A DNA stretch of 64,000 nt from Camelus dromedarius. Taxonomy: Eukaryota. The DNA lies in assembly GCF_036321535.1 (NCBI RefSeq), contig NC_087436.1, forward strand, positions 44,828,001 to 44,892,000, given 5' to 3'. Positions 23,271 through 36,491 of the stretch are shown one piece after another (the stretch's first letter is position 1; every line of letters begins with the position of its first letter). The translations under genes were made by a program, and so were the position numbers. The notes under the pieces are model-generated. The model made no database searches and was not told the DNA's origin. It worked only from the letters and a program-made list of their open reading frames with translations.

Positions 23271-25603
23271 TCCAGTCTCTTCCCTTTATTTGATTGGAAG
23301 GATCATAAGTACAGAAGAAAAAAATTACTTTTAGAAAAGCCCAACTATTATCATCACTAAAGAAGTTCTAACATTCTAGGGTACAAGAAAGCCCTTATAC
23401 GCTGAACAGCACTAAAAATACAGTTAGATACATAACAAAGTGGCCTTTTAAAATAAGCACTAATTTTTGAAACTCTACTTGATTTTATTCAGATCATATT
23501 TAAGAGTTAATTATGTATTTTTTAGTTCTATAATGTTATATATCCTCTAGTTAAAACTTTTGTAATAGATTACATTCTACATATGTCGACCTTCCAAAGC
23601 TTCTCTTACCCAACATTTGTTGATATTTGATCATTCTGAGACTTATATTAAATTGTTCCATTGGTTTACATGAAGATGGCTTGGTCATCCAGAAAATTTC
23701 CCTCAGGAAGTTGTAAAACCTTGATCATGTTTCAGTTATTAGGAATTCCAAATTGGAAATTAATCTTCCTCAGACTTTCAAGAAGTTCCCCGTATCGTGG
23801 AAATAAATTTGAAATCAACCTTTTCTTCATGTCCACCTGCCATCTTTATAAAAGTCAAAACCATATGTTCCTGGTCTTTGAAGTACAATGTTGTCCTCTA
23901 ATGATATCTTTCACATAACAGCATTATTCCACCAGCTCTGACTTCCCATTGCCCAACTAGAGCCAAATTCAGCAGAAGAATGACAAATGCATGTGTGCAG
24001 ATGGGTGATAGCCGGGTAACAAATGACCACAGCCTATGAAGTTACGAACACGAAAAATGTCAACAGAAAGTGCCCAGATAAAATGGCATGCAAAATGAGC
24101 CAACGCAGGCTAAACATTTAGGGCAATTTCTGGTTTGAATTACAAAATCATTTTTTTCTTAGATGAAATGTTTCTTGGAACAGAGGATCTATTGTTTATT
24201 TGTTTAATAGCAACGTCATAGCCTTTTACAAAGTAATCATGATTAATGTGTGCTGATTCACTTCATTGTACGGTAAGTGAAACTTTATTTTTTGTTAGTA
24301 AAATATAGGTTTCACTAAACTGAACAAATACAAATTCTAATTCGTGAACCACGAAGCCTTAACCATCATATTATTGCTAAAACCTTTGTGTAAGTAAATG
24401 TTTATCTCATTTGAACTCAGAGATATCAAAAATAGAAAGATTTTACCCTGCTAATGTCAGCTGATGGAATGTTTGATGTGTGAGGTAGAGTGCTACAGAG
24501 CCCAGGATGGGCTTCTACCTTCAGAAAACAAACTTGGGTAAAATAAAAAAGAGACCATTTTGAGGGATTAATGATATAGCTCTTGGATAGTTAAATGTAA
24601 AAAACAGATGGAAAAGAAATCAAAAGGAAAGCTGCTCCATTTTTCAATCACACGTCACAAAGGTAAGCCCAGAATGCTTTAAAGCCTATCAGATATGGTA
24701 CCTCGTTTTCTGCATACCAACCATTATCATCTTGTCATTCGGGAATCCTGGAAACATTTTTGCAAGACTGAAATGTGCAATTTTCTTCCACATTCATTAT
24801 TCACATTGTGTTCAAAGTATTGCATCTTCCCTTAGGAGAAAACTTCATGTATAAAATATTCTTTTAATAAACTCCACTGTATAGTCTCTGGGTCTCAAAG
24901 TCCTTAAACAGACAGATACTGTGAGAAAATTCCTTCTTGAAAACTTTGAAAAGTCCATATAATAAGCCTCAGATAGAAAGAGTTTGGTCTAAAGCACCTC
25001 AATGAGAGTGCCAAAGTGCATCATTGTCGCACAGATAGGTCACAGTTTTGCCCAAGAAGCTGCAGAGCGGCAGTCCCTCCAGTACGTAGACCCTGAGCCA
25101 GGAGTCTCCACCCAGGAATGGGCTCCTTTACTCAGGTCTCTTTGATGGGGACTCTCTGGCAGAGCAGAGTCTGATGGCACAACACTGTCTTGCCCCAGCA
25201 GGCAGGGCACAGAGAGGCACAGTCACACCGGCTGCTCCATGTCCATGTGCTCAGCCCACCCACCAGAGTGCTGTGCCAGTAATGACACCTCCTTCAGCAG
25301 CTAGGGCAAGATACACCCATGTGGGCTGCTAGAGGCCTTTGCATTCCTGACCTTTAATAGGAGCAGCCTAAAGCCTAAGGAACAATCAGTTGGAGTAGAG
25401 AACGGTGAGTGATGGCGTGTCTGGACAGGAATCATGAGAAGAGACATTCTTGGCAAAATGTATCAAATACTTCTATTGTTGTCAAATCAGATGACTATTC
25501 TAAAAAGGCACAGGCAGTCTACAAATTAGAATTCTATCATTTGGCATGATTAAGTGGACTAGATTCAAAATGAATTCAATTTTTTAAATGTTCAAAGGTT
25601 CAA

Positions 25604-26360
25604 TTCATCAGGAAAATGCAAATTAAAACCATAGTAAGATATTACAACACATTTACCAGAATGGCTAAAATTTTAAAAGACTGATAGTATCAAGTGTTGG
25701 CAAGGATGTGGAGCAACTTGATCTCTCATACACTGCTGGTGGGAATGTGAAATGGTACAGCCACTACGGAAATTTGTTTCATAGCTTCTTAAAAAGTTAA
25801 AGCTGTACCTACCATATACCTAGTCATTCCATTCTTAAGTGGACTTATTTACTCAAGAGGAATGGAACAAAATGTACACACAAGGATTTATACACAAATG
25901 TTCATATCAGCTTTATTCACAACAGCTCCAAAGTGGAAACAATCCAAACACCATCAATAGGGGAATGGGTAAACATATACTTGTACAGTGAAACAGTACT
26001 GAGTGATAAAAAGGAAGAAACTATTGAAACACACAACATGGAACAGCATGGATGAATTTCAAAAATAATACACTGAATGAAAGGTCCATAATGAAATGCT
26101 ACATTCAATATGACTCCATTGATATAAAATACAAACTAGAGTGACAAAATGCAGATCAGTGGTTGCCTGTGGCCTGGAGCAAAGGGAGAGATAAACCGCA
26201 AAGAGGCACAAGAAGTCTTTGGGGATGACGGAAATGCAATGTAACTTAATCATGGTGGAGGTGCGTGGGTGCATACAACTGTCAAAACTCAAAATTCTAT
26301 ACTTGAAATTGATGCACCCAGTGTACATATTATTCCTCAACAACATTGGTTAGAAAAAAG
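25604..26360 (+). mobile_element. Old L1M (L1MC/MD/ME-like) ORF2 3' end and 3' UTR
   Basis: catcaggaaaatgcaaattaaaacc...caagtgttggcaaggatgtggag...ctgctggtgggaatgtgaaatggtacagccact...cagatcagtggttgcct; degenerate, no intact ORF. Confidence 0.9.
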
Positions 26361-26631
26361 TTCATATTATTACAAAAAATTCAACCTTGTATTTGTGAAT
26401 TAAATAAAAATGTTTGCTTTATATATAAAATTGCATATCTGTACCACTGTTACAATTAACATTTATGGGTCCAATAAGAGCATGGCTTGTTAAGTTTTCA
26501 AATTTTTTCTTGACACTACAAGCTTGTTTTATAGAAATGAGCTTTTCTTTATTGGAATATCAATTGCTATCTCTACTTTCCACTGTTCTGAGAAAGAGCA
26601 CTGTGAATATAACCACATTTTTCTGGGCTCC

Positions 26632-26739
26632 ATTTTTTTCTTTCTTTCTTTTTTTTTTCCCTTAACAGAAATACTGGGGATTGAACCCAGGACCTCATGC
26701 ACACCAAACACATGCTCTACCACTGAGCTATACACCACC
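26632..26739 (-). mobile_element. tRNA-derived SINE (Vic-1-like, short-tail form)
   Basis: Reverse strand reads GGTGGTGTATAGCTCAGTGGTAGAGC...GAGGTCCTGGGTTCAATCCCCAG followed by an A-rich tail; A-box and B-box present. Confidence 0.9.
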
Positions 26740-28129
26740 TCAAATCTTGGTTTTCTTTTTCTTTCTTTTTTCTGAACTCCAGATATGAGTATTTATTAGA
26801 GATGCTCTGTTCTCCCTCATTCTTCAATGTCACAAGCATCTTCATCAGTCAGTCACTCAAACATTTAGTGATTGCCTATGTGCTGCCTTAACTATTTGGG
26901 GACAGAAGTTTTACAGACATCTATCAACTCTTCATGAACTTCATTAGTTAGCTATCATCTAGGTCTAGTCAGGTTGCATTCAAGTCTAATCTTGCTGGTC
27001 TTTAAAATCCAAACACACGTTTAGTCCCTCCCTGAAAGAGTCACTCCGCTAGTGGCTAAACAGACAGAACTGGCAATAGTATCCACCTCCAGGAACTTAA
27101 CTTCCAATATTTTTAACATAATGCTTCCTGAGTTCCACTTCAAAGGCTTGGGGGAAAATATATTGAAAACTGCCTGCCTATTTTGGCCAAGGTACAAATC
27201 ACGCTCTCATCCAGGAGCTTTTTCTGTAGGAGAGTATGTTTTTCAGGTAGTTTTCAGTTATTATTTGAACCATCAGCCATTTACATGGAAATGTTAACAA
27301 ATATCCATTTGCAACTGGATCATCCCTCACTGTGCAGGTGAAATATTAGAATTTAAAAAGTAGTTTGTTAATTAGATTATTTCTACGTATTCAGTGGCAG
27401 GATAGCTCTGAAAGCAAATGTCTCTTAATCCAATCAGCTGTGGCCTTTATAAATGGTGGGATGATCAAAGTGGCTCAAATGTCTATGTCTTTGTAGAACT
27501 TAAGCACCACAGCTGATCTGTTGGATCAAAAGAATATTTTCACCTCACTTATGCATTTCTTCATGTAGAAATAGCCTCAGTTATGACTAGTGGCTTAGCA
27601 TCATTTTAGTTATTAGCCTGAATTTTAACATTGAACTTAAAATCCAAAACTTCAATATACTGAGAATAGAAAGAAATCACATTTCATAGCAAGCACAACA
27701 TTTCTAAATTTTATAATAGTTACCCAGTTTGTTCCCATTGCATATGCTAACATTCAATATTGATGTTTATCTTGGAATTCAGAATTTCATTTATGATCAT
27801 CCATTGAATGTTATCTGCAGACTCACACATTCAATGCTATTCTCAGACTCACCAAACCAAAGTGGGTTTATATAAATTGTTCCTTAGTCACAACTATACC
27901 ATGTCAGTCCCAATTAATGACAAAACTCTCTGGGTAAATACCACCCATAATACATATTGGTAGATTACCATAGTGTTTAACAGCAACCAACAAAACAGCT
28001 TCAAATAAAGATTCTGTCTAGTTAACCTGAGTACATTTACAACTTAAAAGCATAATTAATGGTTACTGGTTACTTCCAGTTTGTTAATTTCATGTCCTTA
28101 CTTCATACAGACACTGACTCTCACAGTTC

Positions 28130-28225
28130 TTTTCATTCTCTCCAGCTTGGTATCATCTGAAAATTTCACATTCCAACCTCCAAGTTTGATAAAAATATTA
28201 AATATTAGGGAATTTAGGTCTGACC
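28130..28225 (-). mobile_element. L3/CR1 reverse-transcriptase fragment
   Basis: Reverse complement of tccagcttggtatcatctgaaaa translates F-S-D-D-T-K-L, matching the CR1 FADDTKL catalytic motif; atttaatatttttatc upstream matches LFNIFI. Confidence 0.7.
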
Positions 28226-28309
28226 TTTATAGCTTAGTAGCTTAATGTAAGATAAAGACCCTCAAATAACCACCACTGATAGGATACACTGAATTATATT
28301 TGTAACCAT

Positions 28310-28500
28310 CCTCATTTCGGTATAATTGCACATACTTAAATAATTTGGTAAGTTATAATATATGTATATATGAAATCATACCTAAAATGAAGAGGATATC
28401 CATTGATCCCCCAGTATTTCCTTATGCCGTTTCTAATCCCCCCACATCTCCCTGTCCTCCTTCTAAAGCAACCACTGCTCTGCAGTCTGTCACTATGACA
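28310..28500 (-). mobile_element. L1M 3' UTR fragment
   Basis: ggtataattgcacatac...tccattgatcccccag...aagcaaccactgctctg. Confidence 0.6.
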
Positions 28501-29425
28501 TTGTATTTTTTTAATTATGAAAAAAAATGCCCTTTCAAAAACTTTGATCATCCATTATTTTGTTTCAAAATTCAATAAAAGCCTAAGATATGTTGTAATG
28601 TTCCTAAGTCACATTCCAGGTCTCATCAAAACCAAATACCTAAAAGATAGCTAAATAAATACAAAATGCTAAAAGCTGAAATATAAACAGAGGTCTTCTC
28701 TTTGACAAGCAGCTGTGCTTCTCACAGAGTTGTCTAAAGTAGAGTGAAAATCTTTTGGTACCAATCCAGGGCTGGGACGGATCATCTCCAACCCTTTACT
28801 AGGTTTCAACCTCCAAATTAATCAGTACAAATATTACTTTTAAACTTCTAAGGAAGGAAAAGATTTCCCCAGCTAACTAACCTACTGGTTAATAACTTGG
28901 TTTTATATTTATTACTAAAAATCCATCAGTTTCCCCTTCTTTAAGACATGACTCTAGTAATATGGGGATTATTTCATATAATTTTCCATTATAAAACCAA
29001 TCTACATTCATTTTGGGATACTTGGAGCAGAAAGTAAAAAGAAAAAAAAATGAAAAGAAAGGAAAAGTTGTTTCTCATCTACTCCTGACCTAGAAACAAC
29101 AATCTTAGTATTTGGGTATATGACCTTTCCTTTGCTCAGTCTTCTGCTTTTGGATTCTAGCATGAATTCCATGCTACATGACTCTTAGAAGGAAATAAAA
29201 TTAATTTTATTGACTTGTTCTTTATAAATTATAAATATAGAAATTAGCTTTAAATTGTCTAATATTTATTATTTATAAGAAGTCTTTTGTTTATACCTTT
29301 TCTTATTTTCTCATTTTCTGTTACAGTTTTTTTAGAAGATATTTCTTACAAGACATACAACAATTCTAGACATTTCCTTTAGAAATTCGCAAAATACTGA
29401 ATAAGTGTCCTACCTTGAATACATC

Positions 29426-29830
29426 TGTGGTAGTCATTAGTGTTGTTCCCCAAACATTTCTGGCTGTTCGACTTTTGGAAAAATAGTTGGATTGCACTTC
29501 TTGGACCCCTTGTCATTAAGTGAGCATCGCGCGACTAGGACTAACTGTTAAGTTGTGAGCAGAAGTGATACGCATCCTTTCTAGACCAAGTTATTAAATT
29601 GCTTATGTGAAGACTTCCAGAGTTTCTTTTCCTCTGCTGTTGGAACTGGCAATGTTTCTGATATGACCGTTCTGCCTGTCTGAGTCCCAAGAAGACACTT
29701 GGGAAAAAGCCCATAATCACTGCACGATGGACCTGTTGTGTGGGTGAGAAACAAAAGTTTGGTTTCTGTAATTCACAAAGGTCTGTGGAGTGATTACAGC
29801 TGCATATCCTAGCCTATCCTTAAGTACTTA
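29426..29830 (+). mobile_element. MLT1I-like MaLR solo LTR
   Basis: TGTGGTAGTCATTAGTGTTGTTC start, ggattgcacttc, gttgtgagcagaagtga, cctagcctatcct end; exact 5-bp TSD ACATC (29421-29425 and 29831-29835). Confidence 0.9.
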
Positions 29831-31269
29831 ACATCTATGTTTCTAATTTTTATTGCACCAATTCCTAGTTTATTAGAGTTTGACTCTTCTCATTCATAAC
29901 TAATCCTCAGAATGCAGCTAACTTTCTTGTAAAGATCTTAGAGTAACTACAACTGAATTTGTGTAATGGGCATCCCAGAAGAAAAGAGGTAGTTATTGCT
30001 GATGGTTTTAAGCTTGGTGACAAATAGAGAGTACAAGCTGGAGTCAGGAGCACCTCTAGGATATGCAAATAATTGTTGTGGCATCCTTATATTTAGAAAA
30101 AAAATAATGTGAGGTAAGACATGGTGATTTATGGGTGAAGATTTAGAATAATAAATAAAGAAGAGGTATATCTATACAATTTTCCAATCACTGCATTTGA
30201 AAATTCTTTATTCTCTATGGAAATGAGTGGGTCTCCCCCAGTCAGAATCAGCACCATCTGGCAGTGTCTTCTTACACAATCCTATGAAAATTCCATGCCA
30301 GTCCTGGGGAGCAATCCACTCACCAGGCTGCCCTCCTGGAAATGAGCCTGGCCTTGGGACTCCTGAAGACTCCTCACGCAGGGGTCTTAGAGCTCCTCTG
30401 GGCATCTGATATGGTGCATAGGAGAGTGTCAGACTTAGAGATCAGCTTCATGGGGCAAAACAAGAAACAGGAACAGGGTTCGGAACATGGGTCCTGGTCT
30501 GGCTCAGAGTGCCCCCTCCCTTCCCTAGACAGGCTGTCAGTTCTGGCCAGTCCCAGGCACCAAGAGGGTACTTAGAGCATTCTGAGGAAGTATTCAACAT
30601 ACCCCTGTGAGTCCACAAGATCCATAAGATATGTCTGTGTCTTGAGAAGATAATTATCCAGGAAGAGAAACCCACTTAAAAGTTCTAGAAAGTAGCAAGT
30701 GCTCCTTTGGAGACAAAGTTAAACTGCTTCGTCATGCAAAGTCAAAATCTACAACCTTGAAGCAGTTCCTGCATAAACACACTGGCAACAGTATCACCGT
30801 GTCCTCTAGTAGACACCTTGTATTGATTATTTTCAAGATTCTTCCTGAGGACACACCAAGGCTACAAGGTGAAAGAACACAACAGTTCTCCTACCACTGT
30901 CAGCTCACAGGCGTGGCCTGGAGCAGCTGTTTTCAGACTTTACTGCTCATAAGAATCATCCTCAGAATATCTGGTAATGGGGTCCAGGCAACTCAATATC
31001 TGAGAAACACTTAAGGTGGTTTCCAGGGACCAAAGCTTGAGAAACTACAGAATTGGAGACAACTCATAAGCATTCTCACCTTTTTTGATATAAAGAAATT
31101 TTTTTGACAAAGCAGAAAAATGATGTGAAATTCTGGGGGTGTTGTTGAATATAAAAATTTAATGATTGTTTTTACTTTGTATTTATTGGACTCTTTGTGA
31201 CTGGCAGAGAGAGAGTAAGACTTAGAGCTAGAATTCTTTTTAGTAGTAAGAAAAGATACTTCCAAAAAT

Positions 31270-31480
31270 TGTTCTAAGGGCTTTATATATAATAACTCAT
31301 TTATATATAATCTCTATTGCATCTTGACAACTCCGAGTAGATACCATAATTATCACCATTAACACACAAAAAACTGGGGAAAAGAGAGCATTCATAACTT
31401 GTCCAAGGTCACATAGGTAGTAGGTGGAGAGCTGGAAATCCAAACCAGGCATTTCTACACTAGCATCCATATTTTCACTA
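31270..31480 (-). mobile_element. MIR SINE
   Basis: gttctaagggctttatatataataactcattt...taacttgtccaaggtcaca...gctggaaatccaaaccaggc. Confidence 0.8.
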
Positions 31481-31625
31481 CGATTGAGAACATAAGGAGG
31501 TATGCTGGGTCCTAGAAAAAAATGCTGGGAGTAGCCCTTGGCATGTTCTATAGTATACCCCAGCAAACAGGAGAGTACAAAAGGTATAATATAGCCATAT
31601 ATTTTAGATACCTAACTACATCAAA

Positions 31626-31795
31626 GCAGGAGTTTTCAACTTGGTCACATATTACAATAACCTTAGGAGCTTTTAAAATTTTCTAGTGTCCCAGCTCCAC
31701 CACGAACAAATAAAATCAAAATATCTAAAGGTGAAGCCCAGCACAAGTGTTTTTAAAAAGTATCCCCAGGTAATTGCAACGTGACATCACTGCAT
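31626..31795. mobile_element. MER5A/B-like hAT-Charlie DNA transposon
   Basis: caggagttttcaacttgg...ggagcttttaaaa...aatcaaaatatct...ccccaggtaattgcaacgtg. Confidence 0.7.
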
Positions 31796-32085
31796 TGGAG
31801 AGTTAAAAAAACATGTATTTACTTAAAATTTAAAAACATACACATGTCTTTGTAGATGGTCTCCTTTTGCTTTGCTTTAAGAGAATGAAAGTAAGCTTAC
31901 CAAATATTCCACATAAAGTTTGTAGAGTGTTGTGCAGTGGACTGAATTTCAGTGATACTCAGTTAGCAATATATTCAGAGTTATAACTTTATTCCAAGTT
32001 GTATTAGCCTCTTTATTAAAAGGCACTTGGTGATAATGATCTGACAAGCCAGTTGTTTAGAATAACAATTAACTAGTATGATGAC

Positions 32086-32218
32086 AGTGATGAATATGTT
32101 AATTTAACATATTGTTGAAACCATTTCACATGTATGTGTATATCAAGTCATCACACTGTATACCTTAAATATATACTATTCTATTTGTCAGTTATACCTC
32201 AATAAAACTGGAAAAAAT
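32086..32218 (+). mobile_element. Severely 5'-truncated L1 3' terminus
   Basis: gtgatgaatatgttaatt...tatcaagtcatcacactgtataccttaaatatatac...ttatacctcaataaaactggaaaaaa; flanked by tagtatgatgac / tagtgtgatgac (11/12 TSD). Confidence 0.85.
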
Positions 32219-33159
32219 TAGTGTGATGACTATCAGATATTCAGAAGCCATTCTATCCTGATTTACTAATTCTGGATAACTTCCCTTTATTCAGAGGGAA
32301 ACTATGATTATTTTATAATGCACGTATGCCTGCCGGATGAAATGCCAGATTTCTCCACATTCCGTTCTTGGATCCAATCCATCTGAGTAGCTGGGGTCCT
32401 TCATCTATACCTGACACTTTTAAAGCTTTGTATGAAACATCTGTTTTCCATTTTTTAAATGTCGACTTGTCCATCTTGAATGGGCATTGGGTAAAGGAGA
32501 CAAATCCTGCTTTGTCTAAAGGGCCCATCTTGACTGTTATGCCGAAACCATATTTGCTCCATTAATCAGATCCCTTAACAACTCATCAGCAAAGGCAGTG
32601 GGCAGAGGATAATCCTCGTGAGCAATCCATGTTAACCACTCCAAACAGCACTGGGTAGTGGGCAATAAAAAGTGTTTTCTCTCCCAAAGTTGTATTTTCC
32701 TACTACATCTTGTTTTGTACTCTACTAACAGTTAAGTATTACAGTCATGGAAGAGGTCCAGGGAGATTTAAAAATAATGGGCATTGATCCTTCTACCCCT
32801 GCCATGCTTCTCCCTGCAGAATCACTGCTCTTTGTACTCAGCTAAGTTGACAGCCTTCTGCATTTCCCATCCAAAGCCCCAAGCATAGGAGCTGCAGCCC
32901 TGAGGAATCTTATAACTGAAGAGATTTCCATAGAATAATATTTGGGATATCAGACCCTCAACTCAATTCTGAGCCTATCTTAACTACCCTTTTTTCCCTT
33001 TACTCCATCCCCAGAATACGGAGACCTGGAGTTTTCTAAAAGGGAACAGGGAAGAATTAGAACGTCACTGCTGCCAAGGCAATCGCCTTAGTGGTAAAAA
33101 CCCCCCTTCATCATGCTCATCGAAGCAGTAGTCTTTGGCCCTAATCTTGCTGTGATGTG

Positions 33160-33360
33160 AGTGGAAGGTCCGAGGACCTCCCTGCTCTAACAGGAAGTGG
33201 ATTCTAACGCCCCTGCAAACCGGAAGTAGTTGGGGGCCTCTCTTCCGGGTCCCGCGATGTTTAATGGGTTACTGTTACAGTGCGTGCCCACGTGGGTCTT
33301 CGTCATTCTCCAATGTCCCCAGAGCCCTGAAACTGGGAAGATTTATGAATGACCAGCGCT
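33160..33360. promoter_or_regulatory. Candidate promoter/enhancer: ETS motif cluster plus E-box with local CpG retention
   Basis: ACAGGAAGTG 33190-33199, ACCGGAAGT 33219-33227, CTTCCGG 33242-33248, CCCACGTGGG 33287-33296; about 10 CpG in 200 bp in a CpG-poor window. Confidence 0.55.
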
Positions 33361-33417
33361 TTCTGCCAATAAGTCATAGGTACAAGCTGGCCTTAACAAA
33401 AGTGGTGGCTCCAATGC

Positions 33418-33495
33418 TTCTTTTTTCTTTCTCTCTCTCTCTCTCTCTTTTTTTTTTTTTTTTTTTTTTTTTCCCTTTCATTTCCACCCCCGTCC
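33418..33495 (+). repeat. (CT)n/poly(T) polypyrimidine tract ending at CAG
   Basis: About 78 nt almost pure pyrimidine followed by cgtccAG (AG at 33496-33497). Confidence 0.9.
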
Positions 33496-34199
33496 AGCTC
33501 TGCCTTTCTGGTTGGCCGTCAGCATGATCTCGTTAAGGCTGAGTGACCCCAGCCTGACTGCGGCAGCTCCTGAAGTTGGTGTGCTGCTACTGTTTCCTCT
33601 CCCAAGACATCTGCTTCAGCACTGCTTCAGATAATACTTCATTATGTCCTGGAAATGTTTCTGACCACTTTGTGTGCCATTGTGTGTCGTTCCCTTTGAA
33701 GTTAATGTGAGTCTTATGTGATGAAATGATATATACATCAGAGGCTACTAAAAATTATGGTCCACTGAATAAAAAAAAAAAAATAGAAATATCCCCTTCT
33801 CATTTTTTAAATTCAAAATAGCAGAACTCCAGTCTCCCTTTAGTGCAGGCAGTTTGCTTGAAGGTTGAAGGGAGAGGAGAATATTTTCACTTAGTGCTGC
33901 AGATCAGAGCTTGAAGCGAGGTGAAGGAATGCTCACGCAGCTGGGTGAGTGATGGGCTTATTCAGTGTTTATGACTCTTCAAAATCGTTAACACAACTCT
34001 GGAAATGCCCGTGTAACAAATACTTAAGCTATTAGAAGAAAATCTGTTTCACATTCTGCAGTATAACTGAGTGTGTATCCACTAAGACTATCAGTCATTA
34101 AACTACCAAGTTGAATAGAGGTTGTGTGCATGGTCCTTAGGTCTATAAATAATTGGTGATGTGCAAATATTTAGACTTAATCATCATTAATGTTTAGAG

Positions 34200-34440
34200 T
34201 GTATTTACTCCTTACAATGTGGTGGGCTAAACATATGGCACAGATTTCATCATGAAATTCATACAAAATCACCCTGTGAGTTAATGATGTCACATTTTCT
34301 ACATTTTGCAGACAGAGAAACTGAGGAATTGACAAAATAAGTAACTTACTTGTTCAAAGGTCACAAAATCAGCTGAGGAATCAGCATCCAACCCAGGCAG
34401 GTGGCAGGTAGAGCACATTCTGTTAACCATATACCATGGA
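34200..34440 (-). mobile_element. MIR SINE
   Basis: cattttgcagacagagaaactgagg...aagtaactt...aaggtcaca...aacccaggcag. Confidence 0.75.
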
Positions 34441-36491
34441 AATCACATTTATGGAAGTCTGAGAAGGTGGAAGACCCACTCTTGGGTCAGGTGGAATTTC
34501 AGACTAGCAGTGCAATGGTGACTGTTTTTCCTGGCAGTCTCCACTTGCTTCTATTCGGTTCCTGATTCTGTCAGGGTCTTTTGAGTCACTGATCCATCTT
34601 GTCCACCTTCACAAAGTTAATTATTCATTAGAAACAGAGGAGGAAAAGAGAAAAAAATCTATACTAGCCCTGTCTCTGTGCTAGGGCAACTTTCCACAGA
34701 TTTATAGCACACAGCAATTGAACTCTGAGTTTACGTGAAAGAAACTTCTACATGCCAGAGGATATTTGTCACTGAGGAGCTACAAATCTAGGGGTCCTAG
34801 AATACCTTTGTCTACAAAATTGAGACAGTCATTAAGTAGTTATATTTTGTCATTTGACCTTTATCTTGTTCATTTAAACACTTGAATGCCAACTTCAAGA
34901 CTAATATATTGATTGTAGTTCTTCATAAATTTTCAAAATTCATTGTAAGAGCAAGATTATTATTTAATCAGAAAATAATATTTTAAAACATTTGATGGAA
35001 TTTTTAACTTTTTTCATAATTTTAGAGAAATAATATCTTTTATGGACTCTTATCAGACTAATATTTTAGTAATGACATGTAGAATATTATCTCAATAGGA
35101 TTTTTTCCTAACTATATTACCTATGTTCCTCCATATTTTTGTCTTTTCACTACAGGATAGGAGCCCAGCAGACTCGATATTTTCTATTTCTGGAGCAAAT
35201 ATATATATATAAGAAATAACTTGCAAGTCATTTTTATCCTCAAAGTGGTTCTGCTCTAGCTATGATAATATATATAGAGCAATAATTCTCCATTAGAAGA
35301 TGACAACTACTTGAAAGGTCTCTTGTTAGCTAAGTGTTTCTTTTATTGAATTATTGGTCCTATTTTCCCAGTAGTGAGAAAAGGGAGAAAGGAAGGGGGG
35401 AAATGAAGGTAGAATTCAACTTGAGGCTGACCAAGGAGACAATAAAGACATCAGGAAAATGTCAAGACAGCTTTTAGATTGCAAATTCCAAGCTAGTATC
35501 CCCATAAAGTATTAAACCTCAGTCATAAACCACTCATGATCTCTTCCATCATTTGTAACTTTGAGAAAGCATAAACAAAGACAGTAAAGATGATACATGT
35601 CAAAGATGACATTGAGTCAATTACCATATGCAGTTGACGTTCAGAATGGATATGAACCGAGACCTTAACAAATCCCCAAACTCATGATTACCAACAGGTC
35701 TTATTTTCCCCATCAAATGCTCTAGAGGATACATTTTACTGAGAAATTCATGTTACCTCTTTGATTCAACTTGGACTTTTCACACCGAAAACATGAGAAA
35801 ACCCAGTATCAAAGAAGCTAGAAAATAAAGAAAATTATAAAGAAAATTTGCTCATGGGACTTTAAAGTCCAGAGATTCCTACAGCTGCTTGAGTGAGGTG
35901 ATCAGGACCTGAGTGTTCTCTCTGGCCTCCCCTCCCCTCCTCTGCAGTCTCTCACCTGTCCGGTCTACCCCACACTTAAAAATTCTCTATCTGTATTAGC
36001 TTAAAGAGATTGCTGAGTTATGTAAGAGTTAATTACCATGTGATGACCTATGTGCTGATTTTGAGGGCATGTAGAACAAATACATAACCTGGAACTGGTG
36101 GATTCAGGAAAGAAAGTATCTCTTGAACTGAAGGTTAAAAAACATGGAAGAAAGAATCAGCCAGGGGAAAAAAATAAAGATTACTTCTAGAGAGAAGGAA
36201 GAGAACAAGAAATAAAAGTCATTAACTAGTTACATTTCTAATGCAGGGAGCATTAGAGTAATTTGTTGTTCATTTTGGCTTGAGCACCATTGCATATGGG
36301 GAATGGGAAATTAATCTGGAAAGTGTATAATGAAGAGTAGAGGGGCATCAGTTATGTGGATAAACTGAGAATAATGAGAACCTGAGCGAGGTAGGAACTA
36401 ACAAGATAGCTAAAGATGGAAAATGAGGGAGTCTGGGTGAAGGACCACACATCTGAGAGATGTTTAAGAAATACTACTGATTACCATAGCC

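Noticed and set aside
26632..26739. Possible tRNA-Ala gene
   Set aside because: A-rich tail, disrupted anticodon arm and acceptor stem, and two related copies in the window show it is a SINE
30248..30270. REST/NRSE-like site tcagcaccatctggcagtg
   Set aside because: Only the left half matches; right half and spacing deviate from GGACAG
30316..30370. Minus-strand Gly/Pro-rich mini-exon (GVPRPGSFPGGQPG)
   Set aside because: Good donor but almost no polypyrimidine tract, no sustained Gly-X-Y period and no partner exons
32313..32528. ORF with faint LINE RT-like words (SGIDEGPQLLRWI)
   Set aside because: Too little similarity to assign by eye; would need a BLASTx or HMM hit
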